In this document: positions 49,777 to 62,600 of the stretch, piece by piece
Layout: every line of letters begins with the position of its first letter
Position numbering within the stretch: position 1 is the first letter of the stretch
Assembly (NCBI RefSeq): GCF_037042905.1
Contig: NC_087251.1
Span: 13,020,001 to 13,084,000, forward strand
DNA from: Lytechinus pictus
Lineage: Eukaryota
Direction of reading: 5' to 3'
DNA: 64,000 nt
Position numbers and translations under genes: made by a program
Notes under the pieces: model-generated
What the model was told of the DNA's origin: nothing
Databases searched by the model: none
Seen by the model: only the letters and a program-made list of their open reading frames with translations

Positions 49777-49899
49777 GACCATTACTTACGAAAACAAGGC
49801 ATTCTTCCCAAGACCCGTTACCCTGGCAACCTGCACAAGTCTCATCGCAAGCGCATCGCCAACTTCCTCACCAAAAATGGCTGGATCAAGGCTAGTTGA
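49777..49899 (+). CDS. TADA2B: TADA2B last coding exon: DHYLRKQGILPKTRYPGNLHKSHRKRIANFLTKNGWIKAS*
   Basis: Pyrimidine tract plus cccag|; TGA at 49897-49899; end of SWIRM (FL...GWI). Confidence 0.95.
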   Translation, partial: DHYLRKQGILPKTRYPGNLHKSHRKRIANFLTKNGWIKAS

Positions 49900-51924
49900 G
49901 AATAATACTTGCCCTACCCCCTTCTCCATCATCACTCCAAAAATTTAAAAAACCTTGCCTTTTTGTTGTTGTTTTTTTTCTCTTCTCAATTCAACAAAGG
50001 ATAGATTTTGTGATGTTAGAGTTACCATTACAAACCATCACTATTTATTGACCATTTACTATCTTGTATGTGTACATGTACTTTCCATTTATGATGTAAT
50101 TCGGGTATTGCCCTTTTGTACCTCTCAGAACTTAAACGCGCAAGGCAGCCCCCTGTCATGTGCAATTTGCTTTTACTAGTGAATTCTTGATCATCGATTG
50201 AAGGAAAACAAAATATTCCTTGATTGATCAGGGTCCAATGTACATGATCAGTGGTGATGTTCTGCCAATTTAAGTGTGTCTAGCAATCAGTCTTCGATGC
50301 AAAATGTCTAAATTGTGCCAAATTAGGTTTCACGATCTCCATGTCAGCTCTAACTTTCATAATGAGTGATTCCTTCCATATCATTTAGGTTAGATGTGTG
50401 TTCACCAAATTCCCTGAAATTGCAACTTCTGTTCCAAATTCAAGTGAAAATTGATCACTTGACAATGAGTATAGGTATTTGTATGAGCCCTATTAACCTA
50501 GCTTATATTCAGGGATGGGAAACAGAAGGACCTATCTCACCTTGTGATGTTTTGTTTTTATCTAGGTACCAAAATAACCAGATACACCCCACATTTTCTG
50601 AAAACTATGAAACCTTAATTTGATTCAACTGTTAATTGCCTGTAGTAAAGTAATGACTGAAGGGGCTTGGTCATATGATGTATATAGTCTGTGTACTCAA
50701 GACTCTGCTTATATTTTCCTGCCATGAGTGAAGTAATGTGAAGTCTGAGAACAAAGTTAATGTTTGACAAGTACTGGTTACATATAAAACGGAAGATTTA
50801 GATTAATTACAAGTCATGATTGATTTGAATAGTAATTGAAGACAAAATCTACTAACACTAAATATCTGGAAGAGAGCAAGATAGATATACATTTAGCTGT
50901 AGAGATTTGTGACATCACTCTATTCAAGTAGGGGTGGCTGACACAAAAGACCCTCTAACGCCCCTCCCCGAAACAATAGTTACACTGCTGTAATCCTCCA
51001 GTTCATATGCTATACTTTTCATAATTACTAGCAAAACTGATTATACATGTAGCTTATGGGCAAGCGAGATAAAAACAAAAATGTTGTTTGTTAGTGTGTG
51101 ATAACACAATCAAACTACTTGTATTACTTTTTCTCTGCCCTAAAGGATACCGTGCATTTACCTCTCATAATTCAATTTTGACCAGGATTTATCGAATAAT
51201 CCCTTGCATTGAATAATATATTTTCAGAAAGGAGTCAGGATTTTGTGTTAATATCTTTTGAATCCAAACAGGGAACATACTTATATCTACACTAAAGCAA
51301 GTATAAAGTAATTTAGCTTAATCTACGTGACAACTAATCCTTATATCTCATCTCAAAAAAGGTAATAATTTGGAGTAATTGCTTTCCTTTATATCTGGCT
51401 TTATCCTAACTATTTCTGTGCCTTGAGCCTAAAATGATACTTACGGCTGATTTAAATTAAACAAATCTTCACAAGTGATCAGTTAACACTTAAGCACTTG
51501 AAGAGAACAGTAAACCACTTTCCTTTGATAATATACAACTCCCTTTTATTCAGTTTTGGTGGGAAATTTTACTTCTGTTTTCCCCTAATTTGTTTGCAAA
51601 AATAAAGACAGAAATATGCCTTCTAATTTAACGCCTAAATATTGATCTCTCTCCTTGGAAAATTTTAGGAGATATAACTCTACAGCATTTTCTGGAGACA
51701 AACATTAATTTTCAATGAGATGAAAGTATGTGAATAAAGTGTTTTAATTTCCTACTGTGCCAAAGTATTTTTTTTCTTGCCCATTGCACAGTAGATCAGT
51801 TTTCGGTATGTCCTCACTGGCTTCATATTGTTCTTATAATGATAAGGATTTCACAAAAGATTAAACATATTGAAAGGCTAGTACAATATGAAAGGTTATA
51901 ACAGCCATGGTATACTTGAATTGC

Positions 51925-52630
51925 AGCCCCCCTCACACCTGGCCGAATGTAGGCGGACAAAGGGTGACGAATGGGAAAAATGCACAAAATGTACGCGAAT
52001 TCAATTAATTAAAATAAAATTTCCGTCAAATGATGCGATCAGTAACTATTGTCAAATTTTATCAACGAATGGTAAGCGAAAGATAAATATGACATGCGAA
52101 GGTTATCGATTTTTCGGTACACCTCTTTGAGTAAATTGCAGCTGAAGGCGAGCGAAGGATTGATATTTAACCCAATAAAAACGAACGAACAGTGAGCAAT
52201 GGTTTGGTATGGCGTTCGATTAGAAACGAAGACGAGGGAATAGATCGGGCATTCTTGTACGTTTGTGTCATCGTGTTGCTTCGTTAAGGGTTATTTCGAG
52301 ATCGGTCCACTTTGGCAAAAGCGCGATGAGGGACTATGCACGACAATAACCACGAACGATAAACGAGCAATTACCGCAGACTGAATAAGAGATGCGAATT
52401 CAAACAGATGACCGACGGTTTTTCAATTCGTCTGGAAATTTTAAACATGTTCAAAATTTCCGCGCGAATTTGAATAATCACAGCTGTTAGTTCAGAAGGA
52501 GTACGAACCCAAACACGAAGGGTGAATATGATTTACTATCAGTTACCATTGAAAACGATTTTTAAAAAATGCCTTTCGCCAGCCATCGCAAGGCATATTT
52601 CAGGCAATTCGGTTAGGTGTGAGGGGGCCT
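51925..52630. mobile_element. MITE (about 700 bp), Harbinger-like ends
   Basis: gcccccctcacacct..ccgaat / attcgg..aggtgtgagggggc; CpG-rich acgaa-repeat interior; TSD unclear. Confidence 0.72.
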
Positions 52631-54117
52631 CAAGATTAAGGGTTAAAAAATTAATCATAGTAGCAATGTTTTAAAGAAAGATATAACAGTTGATCCATTG
52701 TATCGCAATAGACTGATAGCAGAATGTATGTTCCAAATGCTTCCATGCTGGTTGTGAAGTGATTACAAGGCAAAGGAAATGTTGCTGATAATTTTCACAT
52801 TGAAATTGAAATTATTATGGGCGTTACTTCAAGCTAAATGTTTCATAAGCATTATCCTTATTGTCCCAATTCCATGGTATACAAAACATAAGAATCACAA
52901 GCTTAACTTACATTTACAGACTGCGTGGGAACCTTTTGTTTGCCATTTTGCAAGGCTTGAAACCAGTGATTATTTTAATAGCCTGTCCATTCACAGGATG
53001 TTATTAATAATAAAGATGTGCTTGATAGTCCGATTAATAGGATTTCATGTGATGCTCCCTTCCACTCTTATTAGTGAAGTGATTGTCAGTATAATCGGTT
53101 TTAATCAATTAGGAGTACAATTGTACTCTGTCTCCTATTGTTTGGCTGTCAGGCTACATTTACTATGACAGGAGGAATTGGGAGTGAATTAGTTACAGTC
53201 CGCCCCCTGTCTGTGGTTTGTGGTGAGAAAAATCCCAATCAACCTTTCATACTTTCAAAGTATATGAAAGGAAAAACATACTTGACTTCACGTGGTAAAA
53301 ACTAACAGATTAGAGTGTAGATCTATAGCCTGATAAAAACTGATTAATGACTTAATGGAAAATAACATTAAATCATGAAAAGGATGTTCACAACATTGCA
53401 TGCAGATGTCAAACCCACTGGTGCATATATAATAAATAACAATATTTTGCTCATCTTTGAAGGTCAGTCCATTATTGTTGCTTAGAAAAAGACTCAATAT
53501 TTGACTGGAATGTCATGCTTATTTTGCTAATTCATCAGCAATTACATAATTTCTTCCAGAATTTTTTGGCATATATTTTGTATTCATACATACAGGCACT
53601 TAGGTGATCATTTTATTGGATTATGTACAAACTCACTTTAAACATGTTGCTTCAACAGGCATTTTTCTTTCAACTGACCTAATTACAAGCTTTTAGTAAA
53701 ACATGTAATCATTAACTGTTAAAAAGAGCTTTTGTTCTAGAGAGGATATGATGTTATTGAATACATGTTTGCAGCTGATTTTGTATTGATATTGCAGATA
53801 AGTGTTATCTTTCCCAGTCTGTTTAGCTTCTAATATGCACTACCTAAAATATGCAAGTATGTTTTAAATCCATCTAGTAAAAACAGGAAATCATTTCTAG
53901 TTTCAGTTTTTACTTCTTATATTCTTGTCCTTCCTTCAGAATAAACATATTTATCTTCTTTTGATTTTTTTCATTATAATACGCTCAGTAATAGTTGTTT
54001 ATAATACCACAATTCAATGAGTTATTACTTGTACTTTTCTTGAGATCGTAGTTTCAATTGGGACCATTATATTTAAATGCACCTGCATAAATGCAATCAT
54101 CATTAAGTTGGAAATCA

Positions 54118-54292
54118 TTTTGCCATTTGAGGTATAAATGTGAGAATTATTTTTCTTTTACACCAAAATGTTGCTCACTTTAAGAATGTGAGTACTCTTT
54201 TCCCCTCTCGTTTGCCATTCAAAGAATAAAAGTGAGAATTTTGTTCCCTTTGACACAAAATGTTGTTCGATTTAAGAATGTGAATATTCTTA
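54118..54292 (+). repeat. Old tandem duplication (about 92 bp x2)
   Basis: gtgagaatt.t.tt.c.tt..cac.aaaatgttg.tc..tttaagaatgtga.ta.tctt appears twice. Confidence 0.7.
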
Positions 54293-57200
54293 ATCATTTT
54301 TTTCATTCACAGTACTGTGCCATGATCATGAAAATATGTTTTGTGTATGACTAGAGGACCTTATCGAACATACCACTCCTGTCAAGTTTAATTGAATTTA
54401 TATATATATATATATTTGCCTATGTACAATCAGTGGGCCTTTTTTCCTTTATAGAGACTGTTCATTTTATTAATTTTTAAAGATATTGGTAAATAACCAA
54501 AAAAGACTGCTCTTCTAAAATAGACGAACTCCAAGTGTCATTATTTTTTAATCAACCAGACTACTCTTATACTTGTCAATTACCAGCATACCCATTTTGT
54601 GACAGGATTGTTTGAAAATACTCAAGTGAAATTGTTTACAAATTAGCTCACAAAAGCTGCGATGAAGAAGAATTGTAAACTGAAAATTGGGAGAAAGAAT
54701 AGGTCACATTTAAAACTTAGCATCATGTTACTGGTATACTAATATCAAAGTATGGCTATAAAGACCATGCTCTGATGATTGGTTGTCTATCACATCACAT
54801 GAATGAACATGCATTTTAGATGTTGACATTGCTGGCTTTCCATAGTTGTGGTTGATCAGATCTGTCCTAACTCTTTGTAAGGTTGTGCTTCCTCGATTAA
54901 CTCTTACCCAGCCTGTATTCTCAGCAGTAAGAAAAGGGTGATGACAAATAATTACTTACAGCAGGTTCTAAACAGTAAACAATACAGAGTGTGAAAACCT
55001 TATTCAATTATCCTATTTATGTCAACATTTTTTTGTGAAAATATTGGTTCTCTTCTAGTGTTGATAGGCTGTGAGTTATGTTAAATGGGTATGCCTTGAA
55101 TGAATTAATGACTGAATAGATAAATGGATGAATTGATGGAAGAAAATGTGACAGATTTTGAGTAGTGGAGTATAAGATATGTTGAGAAGGAAAAGGATTT
55201 GTAAAGTATTGTACAGCAACTCAACTTTGTGTATGACTTTGTAAATTGAATGTTATAAGTGATTGTATGGTTACACTTATATATATTATGCTCATTACTT
55301 CTTACATTCAAAGTATTGTCTCTCTTCACACATTCAAGTTCTCTTTGCCCCAACACTTCCCCCACATTTCTAATCTTGATTTATTCTCATTTTCATCTGT
55401 TTCACACTCATTCACCAAATATACTATGTTTCATATTTTTCCTACGATCTGAAGATTTCTTTGAGCATAATATGTAAGTGTAACTTCTTTGTGACTAGAA
55501 AGTCTCATTTCGAGTTTGTAAAGATTGAATGAAAGTGAAGAAAAAAGATTTTAAGTTTGAAAATGATTTCATGAAGTGAGGAGTAAAAGTACTTTTTCAT
55601 ATTACAATATAAAAGAAGACAGTTGTGATTACATGTACTTTTAAAACCAAGGAAGTGTCTTGTAATGTGTATATAGATTGTAAAGGAAAGAATATAAGAA
55701 AAGTGTTTAAAAAAAAAAAGACGAAAGTAACGTTTGGTAAGTTTGTAACAATACTTTGTTTTGCAAGAATTGCTTCAACTATTTTTTTGATTGCTCATGT
55801 TTTATTAGGTGTAGACTTATCAATTATTTTTGTTTTGTGCAATGAGATGATTTTCTCTCTTCCGATGCAGTTTGGTTCAGTATTTTTTTTTTGTAATAAG
55901 TTCTTGTGATTAGAGTAAAAGACGTTTGGTTGTATTATTATTTGCAATATACATTTTGATAGATGAGGGGAATTTTTCTGCACAATTGGAACAAGAAACA
56001 CACGATCTTGTCCTAATTCACAGCTTATTGCCTGAGAGAAAGTTGTTGGCACTATCACACAGAAAGTAATGTAATTCTACTAGGATAAAATTTGCTACAA
56101 AACCCTTTTCTATCTACCTGTGGGATTTGCACGTGAAAGTGATTATTGCATGGGGATGCTTTATGCAAATTACATGAACTAGTTTGGGATTTTAAAAAAA
56201 GTGCTCATGTGAGAGTGGTATGTAGGGAAAGAACAAAGATACTATACTGCCCTAGACAATAAAATGATCTAATCCAACTATTCAGCATTAAGAGTAATAA
56301 GTATTCGAGATGGAGTTCATTATATCATATTCCTTTTGTGTCATTTAGTGAACAAAATATGATGTACATGTATTTGGGTGATTTATAATTCAGAATCCAG
56401 CCTAGATCTCAATATAATTCTTATAATGCTTTCAAAAGGTTGAGATATCTGTGAAATGTTCATCTTGTAACTCACATGTTTAAGTAAAACTCAGTGGCTT
56501 AGTTGAATCAGAGACTAGGATTCATCATCGTGAATGTTTGGACGAGATATTATTCTGGTTACTGCTCATTATTCTGATGGTTTGTTATTTTCTTACAACA
56601 GACCTTATATCATTTGGGACAATCAAACTTTCTGAATAACAAACTCTCTTTTCTTTTTGGATTGGCATGGCATGTGCAGTTTGCATGTTTCGGAATAAAC
56701 ATTTGAAGTATTTCAGAATAATGAACCTTTAGAATATCAGACATCACCCATTTTGTATCTTAGATTCTAGGCTGGGCCAGAGTAGTATGTATCTAATCAC
56801 GTACATACACCATTTTCTTCCTATTTGGCTATGAGATGCAGTAACTATTTCCAACAAATTTGAACGACCACCAAAACAATTCTGTGTTTTTAGTTTAATT
56901 TGCCACTAGGTTTTGCTACCTTGAGCAAGATGCTACCACTTTTGTTTTCACTCTCTCTCTTTACTAAGTATGTGTAAATATATTTATAATTCAGTTCATT
57001 ACCTTGTGTGCATAAGATTTTGCAACTCATACATTGCCAGCAGATCTGTTACATTGATCTAAAAATGTAAAGTCAGTGAAATTTTAGGCGCTAACAAACA
57101 GAACCTGTTCATTTTATTAGAATTGTAAGTGTCAAAGACAAGGTTTTGTATTCTTTAACTGACAAAAAATGTTACTTTCCTTAGGACTCCAATGGGAGAT

Positions 57201-58237
57201 ATGTCTTTGCCATATAAGGTGTTGAACACCAAAATAAAAATGATTGATTCTCATCTATTACTAGACACGGTGTGCTGTTAACCCATTCTACATGTACTTA
57301 CCATGTGTTTGTGCGCAGGCCTCATTCAAATCATGCACCACAAAGATTAATGTACTAGACCAATTGTTATTGAATATAGTCAATATTTAATGATTATTGG
57401 AAAAATAGTAGTTGTATTTATTAATAAGCAACCATTCAAATCTTTCGTTGTGAATCTTCGTGTACTTATTACAGTGTCATTAATATGTAATGATTCTTGA
57501 CAAGAAAAACACATGGTTCCCATTATGTCACATTGTTTTTCACTTTTGGTTTCTTATTCAATTCATGCACCTCTTTTTTTAATTGGCCATGGTACTAAGA
57601 GGGTAATATTATGCACAAGTTGCCAGCTCAGGATTGTTTTATTGTGTCTCAGCTCCTCATACTACACTTAATCTTAAAGGTAGCACTTACACTTTATCCA
57701 ACATAGTGGAGAAAGATTGTATTTGTTGGTATATGTTCTGGAAGTATAAGTCTGTATTGGGTTTGTCAATGACTCTAATCTTTCTGGTTTTTTTTTTTTA
57801 TTGATTATCACAAGAAGGTGGCAGTTTTGTTTATTTGAATTCGTCAGGAAAATATTTGTTTTTGTTAATGAGTGTTTTTTGTTATTTTCTGTTTATTCTG
57901 TTATGATAAAGTCCAAGTTGATGAAGATTAATCTCTGTTGTTTTTCAAAATGATTGGAAAGTGTTTATTAAGTACTAAGTATGTAAGAATTATTGAGAAG
58001 GTAGTATGCATTTCTAAATCATTTATCAGTATGTCCAAACATTACGGCACAGATAAGGTGTTATAATTTGTATAAGGATGTTGTTTTGATACTTTTTTAC
58101 AATCATGTCTTTAAATATGTCAGATTAGATACAAGTCTTCATGTTATTATCCCTTATGTGAATCAATAAAGGATAATTTTGAAAGAAGTTAAAAGATATA
58201 GTTGATGTTTCCCACAACCCAATCTGACAACAAATTA

Positions 58238-58418
58238 CACTCTAAAAAAACAAAGAGCTACGATGAGCGAATTTAGCTCTTAAAGAGCGTGTGTAGTGAC
58301 TGCACTTCGGAGTGCTGATTTTTCTCATTCAAATTTGAACTAGACAAATCAGCACTCCGAAGTGCAGTCACTATACACGCTCTTTAAGATCTAAATTAGC
58401 TCTTAGTTTTTCAGAGTG
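58238..58418. mobile_element. Near-perfect palindromic MITE with CAC...GTG ends and TA flanks (CMC/EnSpm-like)
   Basis: ta|cactct ... agagtg|ta; arms ttaaagagcgtgt.tagtgactgcacttcggagtgctgattt / reverse complement. Confidence 0.85.
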
Positions 58419-59754
58419 TAATGCTGAATAACTAAAACATTGTGCAACTCATTCTAGACTGTAAGTATGATGTAATGTTTGTCTTATGTAAAGTAAATCA
58501 AATATCAAGTAAATAAAACCACTTTCCATTTTTTGAAATGTGTGACTATATCACATTCACTTTTGAGTACATATTCTACCCTTTCAGACATCACCACTTC
58601 TGATTGATCTTGCTTTCAATCACCAATGGTGATAGATAGGCATTTCTGAATATTCTTTATCTTGAGTGATGATTGATAACCACTCACGATTTGTCAAAAA
58701 TTGTGACAATTTTTCACTTACACTTCAATTGCTCTTTTTGGAAATAGTGAAACAATGTCAAGCACTTGTGTGAAAACCAGGGCCCTCTAACACAAATATT
58801 CATAATCATTTTCAAAATCGATCAGTGATTTTGATTGGTTAACGATGGGTGTGTCAAACTCATTGTGCATGCAACTGCAAATTTGATTGGCCAATTATAG
58901 TTTGTGATTAATCGCTATTTTCTTGTTACAGAAGCTAGATGACACTTTTATGGCTCTAAGTATTTACAGATACATGTAGCATTGTGTAGCATTTTGATTA
59001 GCTCAATCAGTCCATTCAAATGCTTCATTTGAAATGACGTCATACACATTATTGATGTCAATCCTTGTCAATGGTGCTTTAGCAATAACCTTCAAACACA
59101 GTGTTTACATTTCGATGTCATCATGTTGAATAAATTCCCCTTCATTTGCAAACATTTTCATTTATAGTTTTTTTTTATTAGAAGTAGTATTGCATTAGTA
59201 ATAATGTGATGGTGTCGGTCATTGGGATTTTTCGTGTGTGGTTTTAATGGTTGTGGGTTTGTGAGCATTATCTGTCGTGAGTAATTTGAATGAATTTATC
59301 AGTTTTGTTCATATAAGCTAATCCATATGGATCGGAATTTATATCAGCTGATCATTTTCATACATCCTATTTTTTCCCTTGAAATTCCTTGTATGCCTTG
59401 TAAAAGCTAAATATTTGTTTAGTTTTTAATTAAACAGAACCACGATCGCTGTCATTTTCTGCCTTGTAACTCGGATTATGATCTAGGAAAAATCACCAGC
59501 GTTTTTAGTACGGCACGGTGTAAAAATGGCAGAGGTAAAAATTGCAGAAGTATAAATGAAAGCGGTAAAATGACAGGTTTAAATGACCAGTCTTAAACCC
59601 CAATGCAAAAAAATTCCAAAACCCTCTCCATGTACAGTAGATTAAATAAGAAATGTTCTGAGAAGAAAATTATATTTATAATGTTGAACTAATGGAAAGG
59701 GTAACATTTTAAAATCATACTGTAGATCTTCTGCACCAAATTGATAACACTTGA

Positions 59755-60212
59755 GTTGGTAGCAGAAAATAATTAAAGCAATATTGGTGAGGGGTTTAAG
59801 GAATCCATCAAAGATTTAAAAAGCTATTAGAATTTTATATTTTAATGGTGACGTCATTTGCGAGCAGTTCTTCCCAATATATGGTGTAATAAAAATATCA
59901 ATGAAATGTCATTAAAAAAAATGAAAATGGTTTTTATTGTACCTCAAGTATATCAACATACAAATCATTTCACATTCGCTCCTGAAAGATTTTTTTAGCA
60001 ATCTTGACCCACTGATTATAAAATTGAAAAGTATACATTTTGGTGCATAAAATACGGGGCAGCTGCTAAAATATGACGTCACAGATAAAAACAAAGAAAC
60101 TAAGATTCATAATAACTTTCTTAATCTTTGATGGGTTTTCCTCAAACGTTCACCGATATATTTTTCTGCTATTTTTATAGTAAACCATTTGTCAGGGTGA
60201 ACTTCTCCTTCA
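59755..60212. mobile_element. Degenerate long-IR MITE nested inside the foldback element
   Basis: tagcagaaaa..atattggtga..gttt.aggaa.ccatcaaagatt ... aatctttgatgg.tttcctcaaac.ttcaccgatat..ttttctgcta; two TGACGTCA motifs. Confidence 0.6.
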
Positions 60213-60253
60213 AAACAGGTCGATAGAATGATACCTAAGAAACACCTATGATT

Positions 60254-60493
60254 ATTTTTACCTCTGCCATTTTTACCTCTGCCATTATTACCTCTGCCAT
60301 ATTTACCTCTGCCATTTTTACCTCTGCCATTATAACCTCTGCCATTTTACCTCTGCTATTTTTACCTCTGCCATTTTTACCTCCACCATTTTTACCTCTG
60401 CCATTATTACCTCTGCCATTTTTACCTCTGCCATTTTTACCTCTGCCATCATTACCTCTGCCATTTTTAACTCTGCTATTTTTACCTGGCACC
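60254..60493 (+). repeat. 15-bp tandem array (atttttacctctgcc) x about 16
   Basis: Seen directly; it produces track ORFs 60235 and 60248. Confidence 0.95.
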
Positions 60494-62149
60494 TTTATTA
60501 CACTGTTTGTTAATTGTTTGCCTTTACATCGCACCAAATGGTCGACAAAAAACGCAATGAAAAAATAACACATTTCTTTCAAACTTGTTATCAGAGAATG
60601 TTCCTATCAAATTGAAAAACTACATGAATATACATGAATAAATAAATTGATATATAGATATATTGACAAAATATTCGATTAATTGAATGAACAAATCAAT
60701 GAATTAATTGATAAATGAGTTTATAAAATAGTGAATGCTTTTGAAGGGGAAAGGAAGAAAGGCGAATATCGTAGGGCGAGGTGTGGATAGTGTAACTCTA
60801 GGCTTTATTATACTCCTGTTATTGAATTGAGAAGTAATGACGTCACCTCTAGGTCGTAATGCCACCCCCCCCATCACACATACAACTTTTCTCTTCCAAT
60901 GCCCCTTTCGTAACCTCCATTTTCCCTTTCTCTTATTTTCTACTCTCGAGAGATGATATGATTTGATTGACCTTTTATTCATTTAACTGGAAAAGAGCTG
61001 CGTGTGAAATTTATATGGTGCGATTATTAGTCGCTCTCTTTTCACGCTGGAATTCACCCTGCTTAAAGAAATTTTTTTGAAGGCTAAAATGAAAAATTCT
61101 CCAGCCGAGGGCTAAGTGGATTTTACTCTCGACAGCACATAGGCGTTCTTATCTTTTCCATGGTTCGTGTTCTTGCTTCTAGGAAAGGGAAAGTTCTTAA
61201 AAATAATTAGATATTGCGTCAGAGAAAAAAGTATTCGTGTATAATGCAGGGTATAATGGTATATGAATATCCAGGAAATGTGAGAATCATATTTGATTTC
61301 ATAACTTGTTCAACTGTGCAGAATGCAAGTAATCAAAGTATACAAATCTTTGTATTATCCATTTTGAGTAACAACTATTTAATTCGAATCCGCTTGCAAC
61401 GATCTAAGAATTAAGCTGTTGGCAAAGAAGGAATTTTAAATTGAGGTGTCAATACTTGAATAAATCCGTAAGTGCTGGAAGATCATCATTAATTCCAAAA
61501 TAATAATAAGATGTGTCATACTCAAGGGAAGTATGATGAATGCCTTCCTTCTAGCATCAAAACATGAGATAAAGATTAATCTTATTCCACCTTGTCAAAG
61601 AAAACTAGGACCTTATCCATCAAAATGGCCAGTGAATGATACGATAGTGTCTTGCTGGAACATTTCTGCTTCCGATGTGTTTAAAATACTTTATGATTAT
61701 ACGGAGAGCACAATAATCTAGATTTTACAGATAATGGATTATGGATATATTTTCTTATGCCACATCCTTTTTTGACATTCTTATGTTTATCCCTTTGTGC
61801 ATGACTAACCAAAGTTACGAATATAAAGCGAACGTTCTCAATAGCCATCTATGTCCGCAAAAAAAGTAAATAAAAAATATATGAATACGATGCAGAAATT
61901 TCGAGGAGTTTATTTCATTAACTTTATCTGTACTTTGACGAGGTATGTAAGCTTAATTTCATTTTTAGCATTTTTACACTACAGTCGTGCTACCCTTTCC
62001 ATGAATCTGTAAAAGGCTTTTCTGGCTGAAATCTACCTAAAACCCCTTTTCCAAATACTATCTTATATTCTTGAATAAAGGTCGGTGTGGTGAAATTAAT
62101 ATCTTTATTAAATGTAGAAGAGAAAATCAATTTGCCTCCAATGTTACGA

Positions 62150-62600
62150 GGGAATGATTCATTGGCGAGGCTGTGATATCATTGTTAATCATGATTCCTC
62201 AGACTCAGAGAGTGGCGCCCGAAGCGCTGAAGTCACGTGATTTTACTCTAATAACCAATGAGCGACGCGCTCTTTTTGGTCTGCATGTGCCGCATGTCTA
62301 TCGCCATTGAAGTGTATCATCGCGCATGATAAGCACGTCAACACAGCCACATTAAAAGAGTTCTTATTTATCATGTTTATACACGAAAATCGCATTATAA
62401 CGCCATAGTGGTAATCTCATTTTGACGAAATTTCGGGACACTTGAGTATGTGCCGAAGGCGGGGGAAAGGGAGGGGGTGGGAACGACGCAATAATTTTGT
62501 GGAAAAGCTTCGGGCATTTCCCGCTTTGCCACCTCGAGTTGGATGAAGCAGAAGACTTAGTCATCGAGTTCATTAAAACATGAAAGGGAATTCTCGGTAC
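62150..62600. promoter_or_regulatory. CpG-rich promoter- or enhancer-like island
   Basis: ATTGG at 62161, GTCACGTGA at 62232, CCAAT at 62255, G-rich box at 62458-62482, many CpGs, no TIRs seen. No downstream exon identified. Confidence 0.35.

Larger units (their letters stand above)
1518..49899 (+). other. TADA2B: TADA2B gene span (5'-partial; 13 coding exons in the window)
   Basis: All 13 exons have AG acceptors, and the 12 internal introns are GT-AG with matching phases. The joined peptide follows Ada2b: SANT (LLDAIESFGFGNW), DHTGP..GPLSPTL, YMPLRDDFEREFDNDAETLIS, LKLAHVDMY, RRNGITK, KREKRKENK, SWIRM (PARYVTLKTLIIKDH...KRIANFLTKNGWI). These motifs match Ada2b rather than Ada2a. Confidence 0.95.
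59512..60493. mobile_element. Foldback (TU-like) element with inverted 15-bp tandem arrays and an 8-bp TSD
   Basis: Left arm has about 4 decayed ggtaaaaatggcaga units; right arm has about 16 units of atttttacctctgcc (60254-60493); flanks tttagtac / tttattac match at 7 of 8. Confidence 0.65.

Noticed and set aside
60235-60582. GKNGR / FTSAI / LPLPF repeat ORFs
   Set aside because: They are translations of the 15-bp tandem array in a foldback arm.
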